From NCBI GenBank assembly GCA_034530615.2, contig JAVRCV020000059.1, positions 32,001 to 96,000 of the forward strand: a stretch of DNA of 64,000 bases, in the 5' to 3' direction. The DNA comes from Aulosira sp. ZfuVER01. GTDB lineage: Bacteria > Cyanobacteriota > Cyanobacteriia > Cyanobacteriales > Nostocaceae. Under the pieces are notes generated by a model. The model worked only from the letters and a program-made list of their open reading frames with translations. It did no database searches and was not told the DNA's origin. The position numbers were made by a program, and so were the translations under genes. Below, piece after piece: positions 53,391 through 61,615 of the stretch (the first letter of the stretch is position 1; each line of letters begins with the position of its first letter).

Positions 53391-54225
53391 ACCAGGTTTC
53401 TAAATCCGCGATCGCCTGAAAATCTAATAATGCTTCACCTAGATTTTCTAATTGTTCTAAGGTGAGAGATTCAACGCGCGATCGCACGTCTTGGGGTAAT
53501 TCTCCCACACGACGAATAAGTTGACGGAGAACGAGCAATTGTCCTTCTGCTTTTCGTCCTTCTTCCCTTCCGCGTTGTTCTCCGCGTTGTTCGCCTTCAG
53601 CGAGGATTTCTTGATAAATTACTGACTCGCGCATCATACCCTCCCGAAATAATTGTTTAATCAAGCCCCGATCGTATTTTAACCCGGCTAAGATTTGGGT
53701 ATAAGCCGAAATTTCTGGTCTTTGTCTCGGTTCCAGTTGATTAACTTTGGCTATAACTTGTTGCAATAAGGCTTGGGGTTGTGTTGTTGCTGCCAGTGGT
53801 GCTAATGGTAACAAAGCTTCGTCATTGAGAAATAGTTCGGGATTTTCTTCCCACATGGAAATCACTCGATATTCATGACGAGTATTTTCGACTATAAAGG
53901 CAGTTTCAATCACCGTTCCTGGTGCGGGGGGAAGCAATAAGACAACAACTTGCGTGATTGGGAGGCGATACAAACGATACAAGCGTACCCAATAATCAAG
54001 CATTCGCAGGGGTAAGGGTGGTGTAGCTTGGAGTTTGGTTTGAAATTCCAGGTGGAGAATGCGTCCTTCTAGCTGTAAGAATGTGACATAATCAGCGCGA
54101 ATCGGTTCAATGCTCAATTCAGTTTTCAGGACTGTGGCAGAATTTTGTCGTGTACCCAAAACCCAACTGGCAAAACGTTCTGGATATTTTTCGGACAGTA
54201 GTTTGCACAGGTTATCAAAGGACAT
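53377..54225 (-). CDS. Rpn/YhgA-like PD-(D/E)xK nuclease with C-terminal DUF4351-type domain
   Basis: IRAD...LHLEFQ, PLRMLDY, ESVIYQEI..EG, LEQLENLGEALLDF. Confidence 0.85.
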   Translation of the reverse strand: MSFDNLCKLLSEKYPERFASWVLGTRQNSATVLKTELSIEPIRADYVTFLQLEGRILHLEFQTKLQATPPLPLRMLDYWVRLYRLYRLPITQVVVLLLPPAPGTVIETAFIVENTRHEYRVISMWEENPELFLNDEALLPLAPLAATTQPQALLQQVIAKVNQLEPRQRPEISAYTQILAGLKYDRGLIKQLFREGMMRESVIYQEILAEGEQRGEQRGREEGRKAEGQLLVLRQLIRRVGELPQDVRSRVESLTLEQLENLGEALLDFQAIADLETWFTTQ

Positions 54226-54410
54226 TGACAATCAGCAACCATTGAAAGAGACATTGTTATTATCTCGTGCAGTGTTTTGAGTAGGCATGATTAGTTGGAT
54301 AGCTTGGTATCATATCTCTCAGCGTATATTTTTAAATTCTTGTAGATTTTTGTAGTATGTTATGCCAGAGCCTAACGCACCAATCATATATAGTGTAAGG
54401 ATTAAAAATA

Positions 54411-54749
54411 ATGCAAGTTCTCAAAAGATCCATTAAACCAGCAATCTATATATCCTTCCTCCACATTTACCAAACTACTTGGGGGACTGCTGGTGATATT
54501 TGTTTAATCCGTGAATCTGTAGCTAAGGAAAGTAGATCGAAATTTGTCGGGCGCAAAATCCGGCTAGCACTGCCAAAAGGATTGGAACGCGATCGCTTGG
54601 CAAACTGTCCGATAATTAAAGTTGCAGGTAATGTAGGTGACGGACATCCTAAAGAACACCCGTTGGAATGGGAGGCTTATGAAGGTATAGATAAAGAACT
54701 AGCAGCAGCAGTTCTTAAACCTTGGGGCTTTAAGTTAATTGAACTGTAA
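54411..54749 (+). CDS. Hypothetical protein (112 aa)
   Basis: Clean ORF with AAGGA upstream; no recognised motif. Confidence 0.7.
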   Translation: MQVLKRSIKPAIYISFLHIYQTTWGTAGDICLIRESVAKESRSKFVGRKIRLALPKGLERDRLANCPIIKVAGNVGDGHPKEHPLEWEAYEGIDKELAAAVLKPWGFKLIEL

Positions 54750-54989
54750 GTAGTCATGCAAAATTAAATAATACTTGTTGTTTAAGGGGGAAAGGGGAAG
54801 AAAAAACTTTTTTTCCTCCTTCCTTTTGCTTTTTTGTACTACCGCCATTATGCAAAATTTCGCTATGATCGCGTTCTTGAGCGAATTGACAGGAAAATGG
54901 GGGAACCCACTGGCACGCAGATGTATTTATGATCTTTAATTGAGCGATCGCTTTCACCTGAAGGCTTAATGTTCAAGCTGTAAGGCTTA

Positions 54990-56609
54990 TTAGACTTTAC
55001 AAGTCTCAAGGCGAGAGAAGAGATACCCGACTGCCTTCCCACCCAGAATCCGATACGATATCTCATAGGAGGGACTGACGCGCGACGGGAGGTGTCCACG
55101 AGGGGCTGAAGTATTATAAGTTTCAACTACAATCCAGTTGCTTTCGACTCTCCATCCTACGCGATCGCCAAATTTCTTCCAGGCTTGTTCATCATACTTA
55201 CCACCTGGCTTACCACCAACGCTCAAGTAAATTTCTTTTTGAACGCTAAAGCCAAAGCGTCCATTGCTATATTTGACCCAGAGGCGGTCAATGGTGCGGA
55301 GGTCGGTACAGGGAAAGTTTAATAGTTCTTCATCTCTAATCCAGTCATTTTCCTTACGCCCTACCACTTGAAGCATTAGCACATAAGTTTCATAATCAGC
55401 ATCTTTCCACTTACCTGCTGCTAGTAGGTCGCGTAGTTTTGTATAGTCTACGCCTTTTTCTGAACTGAGGTCATTTTCCTTTGTAGCCGATTTAGAGGTA
55501 ATGTTTTTTGCTACCTTGTGCGCCCATTCTCGCTTGCTTTGAGAGGTAAATCGCGCCTCAATGTTTGCAATATCCTCATCTCTAAGTTGCAAAAGCTGCT
55601 GTAATCTCTTCAATTCTGCTTGTGTATGCTGGTTCAGAATCTCTTCATCCTGTATCGCCTCAACCAACGCTTCTTCGTATTCCCTGAGATTCTCTTGATA
55701 CTTGCGGTAAGGTTCCAAAACTTCGTTTTCAATTTGGGTTGCTATCTCAACTGACAAACCCAATTCACTTTGCCGACGTTTGAGAATGCGGCGACCTGTA
55801 ACAGAGACTTTACCATCTCTAACCCATCGTTCTACTTCTTTACGGTAATCTAATTGATGATCGCCTAAAGGAGCTTTCGCTAACTTAATTTTAAAGCCTT
55901 CTTTAATAGCATAAAGTTCTGGCTTCATTGCCGGGGCTGCTTCCTGCACTTTTTTACAGGCATATTCATGCAGTTCATCTACAGAAATCATGCCATCATT
56001 ATCAGTGTCAGCTGCGCCTTTCTCAATCCCTTCGACAATGTAGCGGGTGTAAACCGATAACTCTTCCCCTTCTTGTTCAAAAGAATACTGAGTAGATGTG
56101 GAAGAAGTTAGTACCGCCCTTCCTTCTCCTCCCAGTTGATTCTTGATGTCTAGGCTGTTATCACTTTTCGCTTTCATTCCTTCAGCAAAAGCACCGCTAA
56201 AGCAACAGTCAAGAATAATTACCTGTCGCCGGGAACGGCTATTTTCCATCATCTCATGTATGACTTTGGCAGCAATGGCGGTAGCTTTAATGAGTTCGCC
56301 CTTAGGATTCTTACGAGTTTGGCTAGTTGCTAAATATAATCTGCCAGTTTCATCTTTAATCCCATGTCCAGAGAAATACAACAGTAGTAGGTCATCTTTG
56401 TGACGACCAGAGAACAAGGTTTCAATTGCTTCTTCCATTATCTGGCGTGGGGGATTTTCCAACACTGTAATATCAGTATCAGCAAAATCACCCATTTCTG
56501 GGTGCTGTAACACTCGCTGCATTGCTTTTATATCTTGCACAGCGCTGGGTAAAGCATTTAACCCAGGTTGGTACTCACTAATTCCAATTAGCAATGCTAG
56601 CTTTGCCAT
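54990..56609 (-). CDS. Caspase-like (C14) peptidase, EACC1-associated type, with C-terminal GUN4 domain
   Basis: ALLIGISEY, YFSGHG and ILDCCFSG (His/Cys dyad); DYTKLRDLLAAGKWKDADYET...FGFSVQK (GUN4). Confidence 0.88.
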   Translation of the reverse strand: MAKLALLIGISEYQPGLNALPSAVQDIKAMQRVLQHPEMGDFADTDITVLENPPRQIMEEAIETLFSGRHKDDLLLLYFSGHGIKDETGRLYLATSQTRKNPKGELIKATAIAAKVIHEMMENSRSRRQVIILDCCFSGAFAEGMKAKSDNSLDIKNQLGGEGRAVLTSSTSTQYSFEQEGEELSVYTRYIVEGIEKGAADTDNDGMISVDELHEYACKKVQEAAPAMKPELYAIKEGFKIKLAKAPLGDHQLDYRKEVERWVRDGKVSVTGRRILKRRQSELGLSVEIATQIENEVLEPYRKYQENLREYEEALVEAIQDEEILNQHTQAELKRLQQLLQLRDEDIANIEARFTSQSKREWAHKVAKNITSKSATKENDLSSEKGVDYTKLRDLLAAGKWKDADYETYVLMLQVVGRKENDWIRDEELLNFPCTDLRTIDRLWVKYSNGRFGFSVQKEIYLSVGGKPGGKYDEQAWKKFGDRVGWRVESNWIVVETYNTSAPRGHLPSRVSPSYEISYRILGGKAVGYLFSRLETCKV

Positions 56610-56617
56610 GTACCTAT

Positions 56618-57010
56618 CTACACTTTTGTAATCTCTTGTATTGCATTTACTGCGGCTTCTAATTCTTGGCGACTGCTGGCTTTGACCTTAACTTTCTTGC
56701 TTTCACCACTTTCTTTGGTTAATTCTAGTTCTATTTCAATGGGTTTGTTACCTAAACGGTCAGTGAGAAAACCCCAAACTTGCTTGACACTATCTGATTT
56801 CACCAAAGCAATCACTTGACCGACAACATAGCCTGTGATTGACTTGCTTCCCACTGGTGCGTTGAGTTCAGCTACTCGGTTAACTTCTTCTACCTCATTG
56901 AGTTCTTTCATTTGATTCAGAAGTCTTTCGGCTTCTTCGTCTTTTTCCTCTTCATCCAAGTCTTGGTCAATAAAGGTGATTGTCAGTTTCAGGTCTGATG
57001 TGTCTGCCAT
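56618..57010 (-). CDS. Effector-associated constant component EACC1-like protein
   Basis: 130 aa, acidic N-terminal helix, APVGSKS motif, hydrophobic middle; 8 bp upstream of caspase gene. Confidence 0.75.
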   Translation of the reverse strand: MADTSDLKLTITFIDQDLDEEEKDEEAERLLNQMKELNEVEEVNRVAELNAPVGSKSITGYVVGQVIALVKSDSVKQVWGFLTDRLGNKPIEIELELTKESGESKKVKVKASSRQELEAAVNAIQEITKV

Positions 57011-57258
57011 ACTGAGAATTGGGTGCTTAAAAATACAAGAAATTAAGATAGTGTATTACTGAGACTTAAGCTCAGTCTACTTTAAATACATCAAGATTAA
57101 GGTTGATAATTATGCAAATTTGCGAGTTTTTATGGATAATTTAGCCTTGAAGACTAGAAGAGGCTAAAGCATCCTGAATTGCTGATGATGCTGAAATTTT
57201 ATAGTTGTGATCGCCTTTGGTTATCTTGTCATCATGCCGTAAATAAGCTTGAGTTTCT

Positions 57259-57361
57259 GCGCGTAGACGCCTTAGCGGCTTGGCTTACCCCTACGGGGAA
57301 GCAAGCTACACGTAGCGTCTCGTTCGACGAAGTAGTTCCCTCAGGGTAAAGAAGGCATCGC
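57259..57361. repeat. Nested small dispersed repeat array within a split HIP1-like site
   Basis: Begins GCG, ends ATCGC; contains short hairpins CCCCTACGGGG, CCCTCAGGG and GCTACACGTAGC. Confidence 0.6.
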
Positions 57362-57640
57362 TTTAATGTTAAGGCTTATTTCGTCTTGTGAAGTACAAAA
57401 GTTTGTTGGTAAGTGCAATTATCGCTGTATAGGACAAGCTTTACTTAGGCGATCACATTTTTTATAGATGCGTCAGTATGATGTTTCTGGCGATACACGG
57501 GCTGCGTAGGCGATCACGTACTTATTCAAGAAATGAATTTTATACTATTATGGATTTTGCATGGTATGTAGGTTTACAGCGTGTATAGTAAATTCAGCGT
57601 AATTAAGCGGAAACCAAGGTATTAATTAGTTGATTTTGCT

Positions 57641-58138
57641 ATGCCAAATGAGCTGTTACAAATTCTAGTGCCTGCATTTATTGGTGCCGCTTCTGGATAT
57701 CTAATTAATCAATTGCCGCCACTGAGAACGTTTCGAGGTAGCAAGTTACTGGTAATTGCTATAGCGATTGAACTTGCGGTTTTGGGAGGAATTTGGGCAT
57801 GGTTAGCTGGAGATGTTGCTAAAACCTCGAATATCAGGGGACTAGTAGAAAAGCTTGGTTTTGCATTATTAGGAGCTTTTGTAGTTAATTTTATGCAACT
57901 TATATTTGGGATCAGTTGGGGTAGACAATCTGCACAACCAACTTTCCCGCAGCCAGGCACAAATGCTGGAACTGTGGTGAGAGGTACAAAGATGACCGGA
58001 AAGGGCAATAAAGCCACAGTTAGCAAAGGAGATGTGTGGGTAGAAAATACTGAAATAGATGGTGAAAACCAGGAATTTTCTGTAACAGATGATTTCAATC
58101 GGCCTTCTTCGCAACAAAATAATACTCCGAATCCATGA
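57641..58138 (+). CDS. Three-TM membrane protein with C-terminal 21-aa pseudo-repeat pair (candidate amyloid effector)
   Basis: Hydrophobic segments about aa 5-22, 36-56, 72-92; Pro/Gln linker; TVVRGTKMTGKGNKATV and VWVENTEIDGENQEFSV. Confidence 0.75.
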   Translation: MPNELLQILVPAFIGAASGYLINQLPPLRTFRGSKLLVIAIAIELAVLGGIWAWLAGDVAKTSNIRGLVEKLGFALLGAFVVNFMQLIFGISWGRQSAQPTFPQPGTNAGTVVRGTKMTGKGNKATVSKGDVWVENTEIDGENQEFSVTDDFNRPSSQQNNTPNP

Positions 58139-58917
58139 TTATCGCCAATCACATGATCGCTAATCGCACGCAGGAAGTTTTACTTTTTGAGCAGATGGTA
58201 GCGGGAAGCTTTACCAAACGAGTGCTACTGATTGAAGGTAAATCTGGTTTTGGTAAGACTTGGTTACTGGCTCGGTTGAAACAAACTCTGCCTCTAAAGA
58301 CGTTATGTGTACAAGTAGATTTCAAATTACCACAACCAGGCATTCCTGATATTTTTTTTTATATACGCAGGCGTTTGGGAAAGGAAAATTTTCCTCAGTT
58401 AAATGCTGCTTCTGAGCGATATTTGAGTTCGGGGATACAAATCTGTGACACTACAATGATTGGAAAAGATAACCAATTTAGTGTAGTTTTGAGCAATTTA
58501 GATGAGAGTACACGAAATTTTCGCTTGACTCTATTAAGAGAAGCATTTTTTGAGGACTTGCGTAAAATTCCCCAAAAACTAGTTTTTTTGTTTGATTCTT
58601 ACGAAAAAGCCCCTACTGAACTGGCAAATTGGTTAGAGGGTGAATTCTTAGCAGAAGTTGTCTATACACCCAAATTAATTGTAGTAATTGCCGGACAGCA
58701 GATTCCTCAAGCAACAATCGAATGGATAGATTTACATCATTGTTGTTCTTTGGAAGCCATTTTGGAATTAAAAGCATGGTGTGAATACGCCCAAAATGAA
58801 AGATTATCCCTGAATCACTATGAAGTGAATGCAGCGATGGTTCTGTGTAAAGGGCAACCTGCTGAAATTGCGGCAGCCTTAAAGACGCTAGAGGCGGAAG
58901 CGAGGAAAAGGCAATGA
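58135..58917 (+). CDS. STAND-like P-loop NTPase (NTPase + helical domain only)
   Basis: Walker A GKSGFGKT, Walker B LVFLFDSYE, VVIAG sensor strand, C-terminal KGQP (GxP); ATGA overlap with upstream gene. Confidence 0.85.
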   Translation: MIIANHMIANRTQEVLLFEQMVAGSFTKRVLLIEGKSGFGKTWLLARLKQTLPLKTLCVQVDFKLPQPGIPDIFFYIRRRLGKENFPQLNAASERYLSSGIQICDTTMIGKDNQFSVVLSNLDESTRNFRLTLLREAFFEDLRKIPQKLVFLFDSYEKAPTELANWLEGEFLAEVVYTPKLIVVIAGQQIPQATIEWIDLHHCCSLEAILELKAWCEYAQNERLSLNHYEVNAAMVLCKGQPAEIAAALKTLEAEARKRQ

Positions 58918-61523
58918 ATAATCCTTTATTAGAGAAGCTAGCAAAGGCACAAACAGACGAAGAACGTTTTTGGATTGTAACTGAGAGTTTACTTTCGACG
59001 CTTTCACCTGATTTAGCAGCAGTAGCGTGGGCTGCGGCAATTCCTCACTGGTTTAATGCAGATATCTTGGCGGCACTGCGTCCAGAATTGCAAGCACAAG
59101 CATCTCAGCTTTATATTGAATTGCAAGGCTTACCTTTCGTAGAAGAGTTTCCACGTCAAGGGCATAATATTCACGATTTAACACGACGGCAAATGTTAAA
59201 TCACTTGTGGCATGAGCATCGAAATGAATTTATGACGATGTCACAACGAGCAGCAGAGTATTTTTTCAGCAGCTATGAGCGTCAAGAAAAGATAAATGAC
59301 CAGCCAGAAACTCAAATTGAATGGCTGTATCACTTAGTGGTAATTGACCCAGAATGGAAAGGTAGTGAGCTTAGGGATTTAGCAAAAAACTGGGTGAATA
59401 ATTTTCGCACTGCTGAACTAGAATATCTGATTGGAGCATTACTAGAACAGATTACAGCAGAGCGAGTGGCAACACTTGCTAAAGCAGAAACTTACTTTTG
59501 GGCAGGTAGAGCGAAATTTCAATTTTCTAAGACAACAGAAGCTTTAGAGAGCTACAAAGCAGCATTAGAATTCTACCGCCAGATGGGTAATCATTTGGGG
59601 GAAGCTAATACCTTAAAAGCAATCGGTGATGTCTTGCACTTCCAAAAACAAACTACTGAAGCCTTAGAAAGCTATGAAGCGGCATTGGCATTCTACCGTG
59701 ACATGGTCGTTAGCGAAGTTCCTCCTTTGGAGGCTCGCTTGGGGGAAGCTAATACCTTAAAAGCAATCGGCGATGTCTTGCAGTTGCTTGACCGATGCAG
59801 CGAAGCCTTAGAAAGCTACGAAGCAGCATTGATATCCTACCGTGACATTGTCGTTAGCGAAGTTTCTCCTTTGGAGGCTCGCTTGGAGAAAGCTAATATC
59901 CTAAAAGCAATCGGTGATGTCTTGCAGTTCCTTGACCGACGCAGCAAAGCCTTAGAAAGCTACCAAGAAGCATTGGTATCCTACAGCCAGATTAGTGCTC
60001 GTTTGGGGGAAGCCAATACATTAAAAGCAATCGGCGATGTTTTACAGTTCCAAAAAGACAGTAGTGGAGCCTTAAAAAACTACAAAATGGCATTGAGACT
60101 CTACCGCCAAATTAATGCTCACCTGGGGGAAGCTAATACTTTAAGAGCAATGGGTGATGTCTTGCAGTTCCAAAAAGACAGTAGTGGAGCCTTAAAAAAC
60201 TACAAAGCAGCATTGACATTGTACCGCCAGATTGGCGATCGCTTAGGGGAAGCCAATACCTTAAAAGCAATCGGCGATGTTTTGAAGTTCCAAAAAGACA
60301 GTATTAAAGCTTTAAATAAATACGAAACCGCATTGGAATTATACCGCCAGATTAGCGCTCGCTTGGGGGAAGCCAATACTTTAAGAGCAGTCGGCGATGT
60401 TTTGCAGTTCCAAAAAGACAGTACTAGAGCCTTAGAATGCTATGAAGCAGCATTGGAATTATACCACCAGATTGGCGATCGCTTGGGGGAAGCCAATACT
60501 TTAAGAGTAATCGGCGATGTTTTGCAGTTCCAAAAAGACAGTACTCAAGCCTTAACTAAATACGAAGCGGCACTGCGCTTATACCACGACGTAGGCGATC
60601 GATTGGGAGAAGCTAATACTTTAAGAGCAATCGGTGATGTCTTGCAGTTCCTTGACCGAAAAACCGAAGCCTTAGAACGCTACCAAGAAGCATTAGCATC
60701 CTACCAACAGATTGAAGCTCGCTTGGGAGAAGCTAATACTTTAAAAGCGATCGGCGATGTTTTGCAGTCTCAAAGAAGTAGTACTGAAGCCTTACAAAAC
60801 TACGAAGCAGCATTTGCGTTATACCGCGACATTGTTGATCTTTTAGGAGAAGCTAACACCTTAAAAGCAATTGGCGATGTTTTGCAGTCCCAAGGAAGCA
60901 GTACTGAAGCCTTAGAACGCTACGCAGCGTCATTGGAATTATACCGTCGGATTGGTGCTCGTCTTGGAGAAGCTAATACTTTACAGGCAATCGGTGATGT
61001 TTTGCAATCTCGGGAAAATAGTGACGAAGCCTTAGAACGCTACGAAGCAGCATTGGAATTATACCGTCAGATTGGCGCTTGCTTAGGAGAAGCTAATACT
61101 TTACAGGCAATGGGTGATGTCTTACGCTTCCTTAAGCGACACACCAAAGCTTTAGAGCGCTACGAAGAAGCATTGACATTATGTCGTCAAATCAGATATC
61201 GCTTGGGAGAAGCTAATACTTTACAAGCTATAGGAATCTTACAAGAAAATTTAACTTCGGGTTTAACGTATTGTCAGGAAGCATTAAAATTGTATAACCA
61301 AATGAGTGATAAGTATAGCCAAAGTCGGAATTTAATATACTTTACATCTGAAATTCTCTTAAAACTAGGACGACAACAAGAAGCATTAGATACCCTCCAT
61401 CAAGCTATTGATCTTGCTAGTGAAATTCCCTATCAAAAATTGGTAAACGTTGCCTCAGAAAAAATTAGCGAAATCCACAGATCAGCACGGGATAATGCAA
61501 AGAGTGAGAGACGCGGAGATTAA
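58914..61523 (+). CDS. Winged-helix-like N-terminus + TPR repeat protein
   Basis: AIPHWF...LPFVE...NIHDLTR, then 14 LGEANTL.AIGDVL repeats of 40 aa; ATGA overlap. Confidence 0.88.
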   Translation: MNNPLLEKLAKAQTDEERFWIVTESLLSTLSPDLAAVAWAAAIPHWFNADILAALRPELQAQASQLYIELQGLPFVEEFPRQGHNIHDLTRRQMLNHLWHEHRNEFMTMSQRAAEYFFSSYERQEKINDQPETQIEWLYHLVVIDPEWKGSELRDLAKNWVNNFRTAELEYLIGALLEQITAERVATLAKAETYFWAGRAKFQFSKTTEALESYKAALEFYRQMGNHLGEANTLKAIGDVLHFQKQTTEALESYEAALAFYRDMVVSEVPPLEARLGEANTLKAIGDVLQLLDRCSEALESYEAALISYRDIVVSEVSPLEARLEKANILKAIGDVLQFLDRRSKALESYQEALVSYSQISARLGEANTLKAIGDVLQFQKDSSGALKNYKMALRLYRQINAHLGEANTLRAMGDVLQFQKDSSGALKNYKAALTLYRQIGDRLGEANTLKAIGDVLKFQKDSIKALNKYETALELYRQISARLGEANTLRAVGDVLQFQKDSTRALECYEAALELYHQIGDRLGEANTLRVIGDVLQFQKDSTQALTKYEAALRLYHDVGDRLGEANTLRAIGDVLQFLDRKTEALERYQEALASYQQIEARLGEANTLKAIGDVLQSQRSSTEALQNYEAAFALYRDIVDLLGEANTLKAIGDVLQSQGSSTEALERYAASLELYRRIGARLGEANTLQAIGDVLQSRENSDEALERYEAALELYRQIGACLGEANTLQAMGDVLRFLKRHTKALERYEEALTLCRQIRYRLGEANTLQAIGILQENLTSGLTYCQEALKLYNQMSDKYSQSRNLIYFTSEILLKLGRQQEALDTLHQAIDLASEIPYQKLVNVASEKISEIHRSARDNAKSERRGD
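59595..61240 (+). repeat. Intragenic 120-bp tandem repeats encoding TPRs (first two units 144 bp)
   Basis: Near-identical GGGGAAGCYAATACYTTAARAGCAATCGGYGATGT blocks at 120-bp period. Confidence 0.9.
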
Positions 61524-61615
61524 TGTTTAACCAAATTTTAGAGAAATAGTATAAGAACATGAATGATTTAGAATTGCATTAACCGTAATTACAATCATGC
61601 AATGTGTTTGTTGAT

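Noticed and set aside
53377..54225. IS transposase
   Set aside because: No terminal inverted repeats or DDE/HUH motifs; PD-(D/E)xK Rpn-type features instead.
57709..58343. Minus-strand ORFs opposite the TM/NTPase genes
   Set aside because: No motifs; the plus-strand genes show ATGA coupling and recognisable domains.
59595..61240. CRISPR-like or DGR template repeats
   Set aside because: Repeats are in-frame TPR coding units, differences are not adenine-specific, and the window has no reverse transcriptase.
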